From contig JAHRHZ010000274.1 of the NCBI GenBank assembly GCA_024137785.1, positions 11,164,210 through 11,228,209 on the forward strand: DNA of 64,000 bases. Direction: 5' to 3'. Below are positions 25,982 through 39,998 of the stretch, piece by piece. The DNA comes from Ginglymostoma cirratum. Lineage: Eukaryota. The position numbers were made by a program, and so were the translations under genes. A model generated the notes under the pieces. The model saw only the letters and a program-made list of their open reading frames with translations, made no database searches and was not told the DNA's origin. Position 1 is the stretch's first letter. Each line of letters opens with the position of its first letter.

Positions 25982-27859
25982 TGGAAGATGTTCTCAGAAC
26001 TAAGTTCCCAAACAGGTCCAATACATTTTACTTATGTTGGAGTGGGATCCTGCGATAGTCTCAGCACAAGAGCTCAATGGAAAGTACCAGCTCTTGTAAA
26101 GGATCTGATGGGATGTGTATGAGAAATGGCTTAAGCACCACCCACTACAATATCATTAAGACTCGTGGACAGAACTGCTTGGAATCTCAAAAGTTGTGAA
26201 ATCAAGCATCTGATCCTCCTCAAATTTTCTGTAACAGTGTCAATCATATCAACACGACTTGCAACTTGTTACTAACATGCAATAAACAATATTGCGCTAG
26301 CTTGTTAGACAAGTGGCTTCGTCTAACATGTTAGATCTGTTAGGACCCTGAGGGTGATGGCTGCCACCTTCACCGTTAGTAGCAGCTTGCTACAGCATAG
26401 TGAGGTGGTATGCCCATATAACAGCGCCCTCTTTTTCACCCTTTAGACAGCAAAGTAGCTACTGTGATAATGGTTCTAGCATCCGTCAGTTTAACCTAAA
26501 AAATCTGCAGGTAGACTTGAACACAGAAGGGTAAATGAATACTTGGAGCAGCAAATATAAAATGATAGTTAATCATCTCCTATAGATAACAAAATAACGT
26601 CCCTAAAACAAAATTCACAAATGCATCAACTATGATTATGAAGGGACAGTCAATTAGAAATAGTTCATTAAAAATAAGCAGCATTTAAATGATAAAATTT
26701 TGCTTAACTAACCTAAATTTGACTTCATTAGGTATGAATGGTTTACAAATGGAAAAACAAAGTGCATGATCTGAAATTGTAATTAATGTTTTGCAAGTAC
26801 GATAGGGATTGAAAAGTACAAACGGTACTGACGTAAAACAAGCACCATTTTAAAGACTTTATTTGAGCTTAGAAATTTAGGGTCTTTTCTTGATTCAGTA
26901 TCAAAGTCTACCAACTTTTGACAACATGTACATGAAAATCTATTCCTTCAATCTCTCTTTTAGATATCTATGTTGGTTTCCATTTATTTTGTGGCCTCTG
27001 CTCACATGACAACATTGATACAAGACATACCAAACAGCAAGTGCGTAGTATTTTGGAAATATCCAGTTACCTAGAAGGCAAAAATCAACACCATGGCAGA
27101 TGGAACAATATCAATAATCTTCTGGATAACTGCCTTTCTTCCTACAGAAAACAAACAACAATTATGTTTCTGACAGTCAGATTATCAAATTAGTGGACCA
27201 TCAATCTATTTATCATAGCGTTTGTTGTTAGTGCAAGGAGAAGCCTGGCCAGGCATTGACACAAAAATTTAGCCTAATCCAATGAAGTACACGTGGCTGG
27301 AATTTTGCAATTTAATAATGGCAAAACTGTCAGTATTTGCCATCTTTAGAGCTGTGAAAATGACAACCATACATGTACATTCCATGCTGAAATCTAAACA
27401 CTGATGTTGTGTTTCCCTTGATCCTACAAGCATGAAATTTGCACAAATGAAAACCTTGGACACAACTTTAATAGACACAAATTTCCAATTTAACGCTCTT
27501 AACCAGGAAAAGTTGCAACTTTTGTTGAAAGAAGTGTAGCTGGGTTTTAACTCAGGAAAAGGGCAGGCATTGAGAACATTCAAGTCAAAAATCAATAGAT
27601 TTCCATGAGTGAACGGTAAAGAAATTGGAGATAGTGGGGGCCACTGGCACTGAGGTGAATGATGAGCCAAATCTAGTTGAATAGACGAGCAATCTTGATG
27701 AACTGAATGGTCTTTTCTGGTTTCAATGTTCCTATCTAAAAGGAATTAATTTTCCCCTAAATTTCATAGCTTGCAAGAAATAATTTCATCAGATTGTCAA
27801 CTTTTCTTACAGCAGTCTACTTTGGTAAACAATGAGCAATACATTTCATACTCTCAAAC

Positions 27860-28890
27860 TTCTTGGCATAAAAACCACTTCATAATACACAATGCTCAAA
27901 CCACTTCTCAGCAATATTATGCAAAGAGTCATCAAGCAGCCCTTGCTCAACAATAACTTGCTCATGGACATGCAGTTTCAGTTCCGCCAGGGCTACAATA
28001 CCTGAATTCATTGCAGCTTTGGTCCTATCATGGATAACACAGTGGAACTCGAGAGATAATAGGTACTGCAGATGCTGGAGAATCCGAGATAACAAGGTGT
28101 GGAGCTAAGAGCAATCAAGGAAGCATTTGAACTACTTTGGAATTAGGGGGCCTCGCAAAATCATGTGCCAATGGGAATCAGAAACAAAACACTCCACTAG
28201 TTGGAGTCATACCTAGGAAAATGGTTCAGGTTGTTGCAGGTCAATTATCTCTGTCCTGGGACATCATTGCAAAGATTCATACGAGCAGTGTCTTAGGTCC
28301 AACTACTTTCAGCAGCTTCATTGTTGAAGCATTGATGCTTCATCAGCTTCTGACTCATCAGGTACTGCAGCAGTCCATTCCTACATGCAGCACATTGTGC
28401 ACAAGATTTAGGCTTGGACTAATAAGTGAAAAGTAAGATTCATGCCACACAAATGCCAAGTCACAGAGAACTGAACAATATCCCTTGGTTGACCATCAAC
28501 AGCGATTTTGCGTTTTTATTGGGAAGGTGGGTTGATCACTGGCCAATGCTGTGCTACAACAGCAAGTCAGATACTCAAGTTTTGCAATGGGAAACTCAAT
28601 TTTTGTCTCTCCAGTCCCTGTCCTCCGTCTACCAGAAGTGTGATGCAGTATTCTCCACTAGCCTGAGCGCAGCTCCGACTTTATGCAAGACGTTCTATCC
28701 CATCCAGGACATGGTGGCCTGCATGAATGGCACCTTATCCACCACTAGCTTTCACTCACTCCACCATCACGACAGTGGACACAACAGTGCACACTGTCTA
28801 CAAGATGCGCTACAGTATTTCACCAAAGCTCCTCTCTCAACACACTAAATCCATGACCTCCACCACTTAGAAGAACACGGCAGTAAGTGT
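27860..28890 (+). mobile_element. Decayed LINE RT (same family as 5775-6025 and 43180-43590), with a ~55-bp PLE tail inserted at about 28052-28107
   Basis: SSVLGPTTFSSF motif; related to SVLGPNIISSFNDFP...KVGMFTNDCT at 43333-43566. Confidence 0.6.
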
Positions 28891-29582
28891 AGAGGAATAT
28901 ATGCCTCTCATAATTTTGTTTATCTTAATCAAATCGCACCTTTGCTAAGATAAAACAAATCAGCAGGGACTTGGTAGGCTGCATAAGAGACTTTTCATCC
29001 CAAGCAACATTCTGGGTGAATCGCCTCTGCACCCTCTCCATAGCAATCACATTTCACTGATATAGTGTGGCAACCAGAACTAAATACAGAATTCCATTTC
29101 TGGCTTACTCTACACTCTGGCTAATGAAGGCAAACATCCACTAAAGGTCTATATATGGAGGGTCAAGGAGACTAATTTAAAACCAAGCAGTAAAAGCAGA
29201 TTCCTTGTTTTAAAAGAAAACAGGGATTAAGGTTTAAATGCACTGTTGGAATTACTGATTACAACAAATGCCTGTGAACATTTGAAAAGTGGGTTAAATG
29301 GATGAATCAAGGAGAAGGGAATAACGGTTAAAGCAGGTAAGTAAATAGATGAAGCCAGTGATCCACATAAAGCATAAATGTCAACACAGCTCAATGATTG
29401 AAAAAGCTTGCTGCTGTTGCAATATTTAACATCATTCTATGCAGTAACTTTATTCGATTTCATTGGCTGGGGGATCAAAAATACAGTTCTTAATTTTTGT
29501 CAAATGTGTTGAATTGTTGCAGCATTCCTGGAAACTAGGAAGAGAGGGTAGTAGAGAAATTCTGGATGTGATGTAGAAAAAG

Positions 29583-29893
29583 GGGTGGCATGGTGGCTCA
29601 GTGGTTAGCACTGCAGCCTCACAGCGCCAGGGACCCGGGTTCGATTCCAGCCTCACGTGACTGTCTGTGTGGAGTTTGTACATTCTCCCCGTGTCTGCGT
29701 GGGTTTCCTCCGGGTGCTCCGGTTTCCTCCCACAGCCCAAAGATGTGCAGGCTAGGTGGATTGGCCATGCTAAATTGCCCATAGTGTTCAGGGGTGTGTG
29801 GGTTATAGGGGGATGGGTCTGGGTGGGATGTTCCAAGGGTCGGTGTGGACTTGTTGGGCCGAAGGGCCTGCTTCCACACTGTAGGAATTCTAA
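29583..29893 (+). mobile_element. HE1-type SINE
   Basis: A box tggtggctcagtgg, B box ggttcgattcc, tail gcttccacactgtaggaattcta. Confidence 0.9.
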
Positions 29894-31639
29894 TAAATCA
29901 AAATACGTCGTTCACTCAATGCACAACAGTATTGATTAAAACATCTGAAGTCTTGTACAAACAGTAGAAGAAAATCCAACAGCAAACTACAACATCTTGC
30001 CTGATGAAATATACAGTAATGGGATAATTTGTAATGCAGTACTTAATTCTTCTCCCACAATGACTGTTAATCCTTCAATAAACAGCAGTGCAGAAATATC
30101 CCTTACTTTGCTGTAAAATATAAGTAAATTGCTTTTAATATCATTAATTTCAGTAACACCAACACAAAAACCTGAAACAGTTGAGGCTTTACAAATTATT
30201 AGTTATTTTGATAATATTCACTTTGGGTGCGTCTTATATTGGATGTGGAGGAATAGGAACCCTAGTTATAAATTAATAATACTGGACAAGTTGTGCCAAA
30301 ACATCTAGAAAAGACAGTCCAACTTCAAAATTTAAGAAAAAGGTTTACAGGAACGCAATCTAAAAAATTAAATTCAAGGTGATGACAATTTAAATGAAAG
30401 CACAAGATTAAATTGGTTGAATTTTTATATCAATTCAGGTTTTGCTTTGCACTAGAAGCAGCTGACAATGATCCTAAATGCTAATATGTTCTGCATCACT
30501 GACAAAAGACATTCACACTGCAATTTTAATGAGCATGACATCAGTAGTCAGTGTCAAATAGATTTGGAGATCCTGCATTGAAATTGAAATCTCCCACATT
30601 GACAGTTGAACAAATATTGAAGATTTCATCAGACATGCAAAAGAAAACAAATAGATACTTGTCACTATCCAAAGTCTCAGTACTTTTCCTCATCAAATCA
30701 TCAGGAACAGAAATCATGGCATACAAAATCAATAAGAGTTCCGAGACAGAAACTCAGGGCAAATACTACTGTTAGGTGCTGCCCTAACTTTTATTCCTGC
30801 AAATTAAACTTGACTTCAAGGCCAGCCTGGCACAGCTAGAGAATCTGAACCTCGGAGTGAGTATGTTTTGACTTTAAGCCTTAGTCGAGGTTTTGAGCAC
30901 ATAATCTAATGATGGAGTGCTGCACTATCAGGAGGTGCTGTCTTTGGAATCATAAAATTTCACAGTATGGGGAGGCCATTCAACCCATCAAGTCTGTACC
31001 AGCTCCTGCAAGAGCTACCTAGTTAGTCCCATTCTCCAGCCCGACCTCATCACTCTCTAAATTCATCACTTTCAAACGTAATTGCAGCTCTCTTTTGAAA
31101 ATTATGAAATCAACCTCCACCACTCTCCCAGGAAGCAGATTCCAAATCCTAACAACTCTCACGTCGAGAAGTTTCATCAAGAAGATCTAATGATAGTTTC
31201 CAAATACAAGAACTCTCCCCATATCTTGGTCACCATTCATCCTCAACCTATACTGCTAAAATAGATCATCTAGTCATCTATCTCACTGCCACTTAAAGGG
31301 AGCATGCTATACACAAATAGCCAGTAACCAGACTGCAAAAGCATTTTATCAGCCATGAAGCATTTCAGAATGTAACAGGAGTAATCTAAATGCACACATT
31401 CTTCTCAGTCGAGACACCCCTGTATCTTGATAATTATAAGCACTTGAAAAATAACAGCACATTTATGAACACCTGGGTATTTTCGCAGAAAACTGAATTC
31501 GCAGAATGATGCAGGCGGCCATCTGGCTCACTGTGCCTGCACCAGCTCATTGAACAACCATTATGAAGTACCAACAGAGATAACAAGGTGTAGAGCTGGA
31601 TGAACACAGCAGGCCAAGCACCAGAGGAGCAGGAAAGCT

Positions 31640-31667
31640 GACGTTTCGGATCTAGACCCTTCTTCAG
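31640..31667 (-). ncRNA. Minimal hammerhead ribozyme motif, intact core
   Basis: rc CUGAAGA-A-GGGU(CUAG)AUCC-GAAA-CG-UC. Confidence 0.65.
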
Positions 31668-32900
31668 AAAATGGGGGAGGGGAAGTGGATTCTGAAATAA
31701 ATAGGGAGAGATGGGGGAGGCGGAAAGATGATGGATAAAGGAGCAGATAGGTGGATAGGAGACAAACAGGTCAAGGAGGCGGGGACGGAGCCAGTAATGG
31801 TAAGTGTAGGTGGGGAGTTGGGAGGGATAGGTCAGTCCAGGGAAGACGGACAGGTCAAGGGGGGGGGAGCGAGATGAGGCTGGTTGGTAGGAAATGGGGG
31901 TGGGACTTGAGGTGGCAGGAGGGGAGAGGTGGGAGGAAGGACAGGTTAGGGAGGCGGGGACAAGCCAGGCTGGTTTTGCAATGCAGTCGGAGGAGGGGAG
32001 GTTTTGAAGCTTGTGAAGTCCACATTGATAGCATTGGGCTGCAGGGTTCCCAAGCGCAATATGAGTTGCTGTTCCTGCAACCTTTGGGTGGCATCGTCAT
32101 GGCACTGCAGGAGGCCCAGTCGTCTGCGGAGTGGGAGGGGGAGTTGAAATGGTTCGCGACTGGGAGGTGCAGTTGTTTGTTGCGAACCGAGCATAGGTGT
32201 TCCACAAAGCAGTCCTCAAGCCTCCGCCTGGTTTCCCCAATGTAGAGACCGCCACATCGGCAACAGCGGATACAGTATACCACATTAGCAGATGGGTAGG
32301 TGAACATCTGTCCAATGTGGAAGGTCTCCTTGGGGCCTGGGATGGGGGTGAGGTGCAGGGGCAAGTGTAGCACTTCCTGCGGTTGCAGGGAAAAGTGCCG
32401 TGAGTGGTGGGGAGTGTGGAGCTGACGAGGGAGTCACGGAGAGAGTGGTCCCTCCGAAAACCAAATAAGGGTGGGGAGAGAAAAATGTCTTTGGTAGTGG
32501 GGTCAGATTGCAGATGGCACAAGTGCTGGAGAATGATGCATTGGATATTTTGGACTTGACAAGCTTCAAAATCTCCCCTCCCCCTACCACATCCTAAAAC
32601 CAGCCCAGCTTGTCCCCACCTCTCTAACCTGTCCTTCCTCCCTCCCACCTATCCCCTCCTCCCACCTCAAGCCGCACCCCCATCTCCTACGTACCAGCCT
32701 CATCCTGCCCCCCTGACCTGTCCACCCTCCCTGGACTGACGTATTCCCCCGCAACTCCCCAGCTACACTCACCTTTACTGGCTCCATCCCCACCTCTTTG
32801 ACCGGTCTGACTCCTCTCCACCTATCTTCTCCTTTATCCATCTTCTATCCGTATCCCCCCCTCCCTATTTATTTCAGAATCCCCTTCCCCTCCCCCATTT

Positions 32901-32928
32901 CTGAAGAAGGGTCTAGGCCTGAAACGTC
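32901..32928 (+). ncRNA. Minimal hammerhead ribozyme motif
   Basis: CUGAAGA-A-GGGU(CUAG)GCCU-GAAA-CG-UC; stem II weakened by G-U pairs. Confidence 0.55.
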
Positions 32929-35900
32929 AGCTTTCCTGCTCCTCTGATGCTGCTTGGCCTGCTGTGTTCATCCAGCTCTACACCTTGTTATTTCAGATTC
33001 TCCAGCATCTGCAGTTCCTACTATCTCCAAAGTACCAATATCCTGCTTTCCCCCATACCCTTGTATACTTCCTTTATTCAAATAATTGCCTAGTGCCCTC
33101 TTACATTCCTCAGTTGAGCCTCAACCACTGTTTCAGGCAGTGCATTCCATACACCCATCCACTTGCCGAGTAAAAAGCTTTTTCTTCACCTCACCCTTGC
33201 TTCTTTTGCAAATCACTTGAAGTCTATGCTTCCTTTTACTTTCTTATTCACAATTATTTGTGAAATGTTATTTGCATCCTCTACAGTGAATACAGATGCA
33301 AATATTTATTTGCCATTCCCTCAATTTCCATTATTAGTTCTCCAAACTTACTCTAAGAGACCAACAGTCACTTTATTTATGTTTTTTTCCTTTTGGAATA
33401 TCCGTAGAAACTTTTACTTTTTTAAAAATATTTCTAATAAGTTTTGTTATACTCTAATTTCCCCTTCCTTATTAATCTTTTAGCTAACCTCTGCTATTAT
33501 GTGGATGATATCCAGTATTCTGACTTGCTACTCATCTTTGTAAAATACTACACTTTTGCATTCTGTTTCTTCAACCTCCTTAGTAAGCCAGGCATGTATC
33601 ATTTCTGCGCACTCTGAACTATTTCCTCGACCAAAGTGCCATTGTATCATTGCCAACTCAATCTAGTTTCCCAGTTCACTTTAGCAGCTCAGTCTTGATA
33701 CACTCGCAATTGTCCTCCAAGCCTAAAACCCCTTTTTGATCCCTAATTGGCCCTACTCCTCTTCTGATTCCTATTTTACTATTTATATGACCATAAAAAA
33801 CTCTGTGACACCTCTACGATGGCAGACAGTCTTTTCCTCATAATTCCTCTTTGCCTCATTTATTTTCTCACCTCCCCTCTGAACATTCCATATTCCTTTT
33901 AGTTCTCAATTTTAATTTCTACCTGACACTTGTCATTAGCACACCTTCTTGCTCATCTTTATTTCCAGCTCCTTTGCCATCCAGAGAGCAGTGGATTTCT
34001 TTCTTCTGCTTTTCACATTGAGAGAATGTATCTTGGCTGTAGCTAAACATCTGTGAAGGCACCTCATTGTTAAGTTACCGTTTTTACTGCCAATCTCAGC
34101 CCGGCCTAGCTCTTTTCCTGCCCCACTGAAGTCTGCTCTCCACAGTGATTTTTCTCAATAATTTAATAGCAGTCTCATGGAAAGTTTTTCCACAGTTAAA
34201 AACAATTAAGAATTATGCAAATTGTTAATAAATCCTTACACTTTATTCTTTGTCGGTTGAATATTTCGGTGATCTCCAATGCAGACAACTCAATGTGATT
34301 TGGCTCGGAGTCTCTAACCACAGAAGTGCAAGCTAGGTACCTTTCAACAACAATGAGCACCCTAATGACAAAATCTAACATTAAAATTATCTTCATACCT
34401 TACATTTAAAACAATGTTAGATTAAATGTTTTACTAGTTGCTTTAACTAAACTTAAGAAAAAGAGAATACCAGTTTAAGAATCTGCTTGATATAGATATT
34501 CCAAAATCATGACAAGCACAATGGTGAGTGAAAAATGCTACAATGGAAAATTGGATGCAGATTTTAAGTGTGCAGCCATCTCAGTCCAGTAACTTGTTCC
34601 ACAAGGATATCTAAGAGGTATATCATAATATTTCAAATTCTCCAGGCAAATCACAGTATTTGTACAAAGGAAGCACAGATTATTGGATATATTCAAACTC
34701 TCAACAGCATTAGAAATTGCCCCGATGGAGGTTTAATGTGTTTCAACTATTGATCATGACCAAGTGTTAGCGTGCACGGAAGTAGGTGAAGGACAGAAAG
34801 CAAGAATCACATTTTATTTATACCAATACGGGAATGAGAACAGAGGGACAAAATATGTCCTAAAAACACAAACATCCTCAGCTCAACTGAGCAGCTGTTT
34901 TGAGCAAAATTTAAAAGTTCTCTGAAAACCAAAAGGCTTTTTGAAAAAAATATTAGCAAAAAGAGGAAAATTTGATAATAAATTTTATTTCTTTTAAACT
35001 TGCATTAAATACAAAGGCTAGAAAGTCATATTCAATCATTATGAAAAAATTTGAAATTTTCAGTCACTCCAGAATAAAAAAGTCAAATTGAATGTAGGTT
35101 CACGTTCCCACTATTCAGTGAATTGATGACAAGGCAACATGAACTCAAAAACGGAATGCTTAAAATATTCAACAGATCTGGCAGCACTTGTGAATAAAAG
35201 TTAAATGTTTTAGTTCTGTTATTTTTCAAAAGATTTGCATTTTCAGGTTCGTGTCTGTAATTCCAAATATCAGCATCTACAATATATTGTCACAAACAGG
35301 GATTTTTCAAGCTAACTCAACCATAAAGATGATTTTGTTAAGTACTCAAGACTATAGGAAAACTTCAAGAAAACAGAATCCAGATTTTCTTTCTTTCTGT
35401 GAGGGGATTGAGTGGGGTAAGGGAAACGAGAAAAGAGAAAGGGGGATGTGAAATGGATGGAATGATGGCTCACAAAATTTCAAAAAACATTTCTGATATT
35501 ACACAGTAAATTACCCTCTTAAACACAACAATGTTCAACTTAAATTTCATACCTATTTCAAAGTCAGTGTATGTATAGCCATAACTGTCAAGAGATACTG
35601 TCATTAAGCATCATAAAATAAAATATACAAAATTTTTAAAGCTAGTAATTTGTGTAAAACATTAAGGAATGCTGACTCAGCAGCAAGTAAATTTATTTGC
35701 AATAATTAGCGACTCAAGTATCATTGCACACTTACAGGCATATACATTAGTTTGCATACTTGCACCACAGTCCCAGTGAGCTCTGGGACATGTTAAAAGC
35801 TGACAAAAAAAAGTCAGCCTACAGATTTCAGCTGGTCTGCAGTACCGATTTTCAAATTATCTGTGCAATTATTTTACCAAACTGGTATAGAATTAATATC

Positions 35901-38900
35901 CATATCACAGCCAAATCACACAAAATTGGCAATGTAACACCATCATTTTGGTTAGAAGGAGAATTAAGAACAGAGTATTTTGATGCATCATTGTAGAAAT
36001 TAATTTCTGTAAGGTACTCAGTTACTAACGTCAATTTATCATATACCCGTGTTATTGACTTCAATTCGGCTGTTTCATACCACGCAACACATTAGAACCT
36101 TTATTTACAAGTCAGACAGTATTTGCGTTTGCAGAACATGACATTATTCAAATTTAGTATCCTATGCAAACATCACTAGGGCCCAATTTTGTAATTATGT
36201 ACCAGCACAAAAATTGATAAACTATATGCCATATTGCAAGTTTACTTTTTATTTACAAACACTATCAAGAAAATAAACAATAAATGACAACGCTCATGAA
36301 GCAGACTAGCATATTATGTTTGACAGCTAGACAACAACAGCTCAAATTCTCTATTGGAAATCAGGTACATGGGGGATAAAGTAAAATAATTTTAAGAACT
36401 TCTGTCAACCCCTAATTTTATTTTGTGAAGGATAGCGACTACTAAATAACTTGAAGACAGGTAGAACAAAGCACAAGCTGTCCTAAAATTTATTTCAAAA
36501 GCACTTCAAGATGTAATTCAAATCAAGCATAATTTTTTTAAAGAAGTTGTAAAAAATCTTTGACCATTTACATACTTTTACTTGAATCCGCCCAACGTGT
36601 TCAACACAACTGGACAACAAAGTGAAATTTAAGTTGAAGCAAATTAATTAAGCTGTTGTCTGTAACTTCCTCAGTCAAGCTCATTAACTCTTTCAAGTGC
36701 ACTTTCAATGAAGAAAAGAAAAATATTTAAGACTAATTCTACTTAAACTTACAACATGGGATTCCAATCAAGGGACTTATAAACTAATATGAAATGCAAG
36801 ATAAAAGCCAGCACAATTTCTCTTCATGTGAACCAGGTCCTTAAACTTACTGTGATGTAAAACAGTTCCTACCGCAAGCAGAGTTGTAAGAATCATTTTT
36901 AACTTCAAACATCACCGTGCAGCAATAGGCTCTGTCTGCACGTGTTTTTGTTGACACGCATGTGGAACAGATCTTGATAAAGACTTATTGAATTACTTTG
37001 CAGCATTATGTAGTAAGTTTTCGCCAGCACAGAAGAATGGCTCAGGTTGATTCAAATTGGATAAAGTGGATCCAAGAATCCACTGGGAAAAGGAGCCTTA
37101 ATGATCGTATTGTACCTCCAACATTACCAGGCTATTTGTGATATCATGTTAACTTTTCTGTAATTTGCATGATGTCATAATTTGGAACAGAACAGATTAT
37201 TTTACTGTTGTCTTAACTGAAAAAAAAACCCAGTAAAACCAACTCATCATTCAATAGTTTCCTGCTTGCGGCATCTAAACGGTAACCTACTGCATCACAG
37301 AATTGTTACGGTGCAGCAGACAGCGATTTTTCTCACCTTGAATTACCTTCTTTTGCCAAGTACATTACAGCTGAGCCCTAGTGGGAAGTTTTCCTCCATC
37401 AACTTTGTCCAGATCCCTCAATTTTCATTAATTATCAAATATCCTCTTAGCCTTCTCTGCAAGGAAAACAGTCCCAACTTCACCAATCTAAGGAATAATT
37501 TGAAAGTGACTGTATTCCAAAAAGCTTTATATGAAGTGGTTGGGGTATGCTAGAAAGTAATAGTGAAATGAAAGCCACGATCTGTACTGCACTATTAAAG
37601 CTGAGTAATTTTATTGTATTGGTATAGTACAAGAACATAATCTCAACACTGCTGAAAGGATGTATTCAAAACTTAAATGATTAGAAATGCTTTTGGGGAA
37701 CCTGTGGATGCTCTGTATGTAGATTTCTAGGTGTGTCATAAAGATGCCAAAAAGATTACTAAATAAATAAGTACTCAAAAGGGCACAGGCAACAGATGCA
37801 TGGGAACACTAACATTTGCAAGCTCCCCTCCAAGTCACATACCGTCCTGATTTGCCATTTAATCGCTATTCCTTCAATGTGGCAGGGTTAAAATGTTGGA
37901 ACTCTCACCCCAATTGCACTGTGCGTCCATTTGTTGCAAATGGACTGCAGTGGTTCAAGGTGGCCGCTTACCACCACTTTCTCAAAGGTAATCAGGGAAA
38001 CACAAATACTAGATCAGCCAACAAATAGGCTTTTACAAAAAGAAAAAGGCTAAACAGGTTGGCCTGTATTCACCACAGTTTAGAAGAATGGGAGGTAATG
38101 CTTTGATAAACAAGATCCTGAAAGGGCTTCACAGGGTTGTTGCTAAAACTTTTTCCCTTTGGGAGACAGACTAGAGCTAAGGCGACATATGTTAAAATAA
38201 GCAGATTTCCACTTAAAATAGAGATGAAGATAACTATTTTCTTGGTGAGTCAGGAGCATTTCCCCAGACAGCAATGGAGACAGAGTCATTGAGGATTTGG
38301 GACATTGAATCTGACATTAGTAGGGAAGTGGGCAGAAATACGAAGTTTAAGGTAGTAATCAGATCACCCAGTCTTGATGGGCCCAATGGCTAATACATAA
38401 GCATGCTGTGTACACATCAACCATCAAGATTTCGAAAACCACCCATCATATACGTCTAATTTCATTAAGAACATCACAGTTTCTCTATGAATATCTTTTT
38501 CTTCCCCCTCAATTGAAAACAAACATTGCCTGTACAGAAGATGCATCGTAAAGGAACGGGAAGGGAAAAGTGTTACCAAAAATGCATAGTGGCTTCGATT
38601 ATATTTGATGTTGCATAGCAAATATTCATTCATTAGCTGTTAAGCAAACTTCCTGCAATGCTTAAAGTTAGTAAAGTATCCTAGAATTATTTGGACACAA
38701 TCCGTTTAACAAGTGTTCATTTCAAGTCAATTCATAAAGATCACAGTCAAATTATATCCAAAGCACTAAAACAAAGCCAGAAAATAAACGGCACAGTTTT
38801 TTAAAAAAGTAATCTTCTGGCTTTCTTAATTGTAATCAAGTTATCAGTTTTTAAAAAAGTACCCTTATTAAACAAGAAAATAAATGTGGAAAGTTCAAAA

Positions 38901-38963
38901 GTAGTTAACTAGTGGGTGCTTCTAAGAAAGCTTGTGGGCATGAATGGGGCTGTGCAACACCAT

Positions 38964-38985
38964 TCTCTCTCTCTCTCTCTCTCTC
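38964..38985. repeat. (TC)11 microsatellite
   Basis: Seen directly. Confidence 0.9.
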
Positions 38986-39998
38986 GTAATCCTAAATGGT
39001 CCAAGGTCCAAAGCATTGCACTTATAGAACTCCGAATAATGATCAGTATCCGTTTTAGATAGCTTAATAAAAATCAACCCGCTCAGAGGTGTTAACCAAT
39101 GGGACTTCAACGCAGTCTTCTGGCTGAGACAGAGGGACACTACCACTGCACCACAAGAGCCCCAAAGCATCGCTCATATATGGATAGATATGTCAAATGA
39201 CATGTACCATGGCGTTATTCACAAATAATTCAAGCATCCAGCAATAAAGTAAGAGTCATTCATCTGAATAAAAGTCAAGTTTCTAAAGGTAAACCTCAAG
39301 TTAGTCATAAACTTATATGGAAAGCTACAGACCTTGCAAATACATTTTTAAGGCTATTTGCGTACTTAAATTTTAAGATGCAAGTGACTGGTTTCCCCTC
39401 TCTACAAAAGCAAATTCTAACTATTCCACAGAAACACTTATTTTTCTCCAAATCACAGCAAAAACTGAAAATTAAACTGGATTTGGGGCTAGAATGAATC
39501 AGAAATTGAAGGCAAGTGGCTCATTAAAATTATCCATTAATTGAGTTTATGTTATTAATTTGCTAAGATCCTGGGAATTAAAGTGAGAGTTAGTTTATAA
39601 GTTGTTGTTATTGATTTTAATCATTAGTAAAAAAGACAAAAATCGTTCCCTGCCACAAGGTCCACGACACTAAACTTAACGATTATTGTGGAATTGTTGG
39701 ATTTAGAACAATTACAAATTATTCTCACTACAGGTATTAAGTGCTTTTACTTAATACTGGAGAGGACTCTGTAAACATAAGATTTATGGCTCTGACATGT
39801 AAATTCGGAGGTCCAGAAAGGAATAGTGAAGTTGAGGAGTCTATTGCAGCAAAGAGTGAATTCTTTTGAATCCTTTTTAAATCAAATGTTTTATATTTAT
39901 TGCTGACTTTTTGGCATCCTTGCCAACTGAATCCTGTGAGAGTCATGAAATAAAATGAAGAACTTTGGATGCTGGTAAACAAACAAATTCAGAAATTG

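Larger units (their letters stand above)
31575..33029. mobile_element. Penelope-like (Neptune-type) retroelement with inverted 3' arms and 9-bp TSD
   Basis: Minus strand: FRRDHSLRDSLV, Cys linker PCNRRKCYTCP, GIY-YIG NVVYCIRCCRCGGLYIGETRRRL (frameshifted). Arms 31577-32021 (minus) and 32551-33027 (plus). TSD aagtaccaa at 31566-31574 and 33030-33038. Confidence 0.9.

Noticed and set aside
31751-32841. Cluster of long overlapping ORFs as a host gene
   Set aside because: These are frameshifted Penelope RT/GIY-YIG remnants and their antisense frames.
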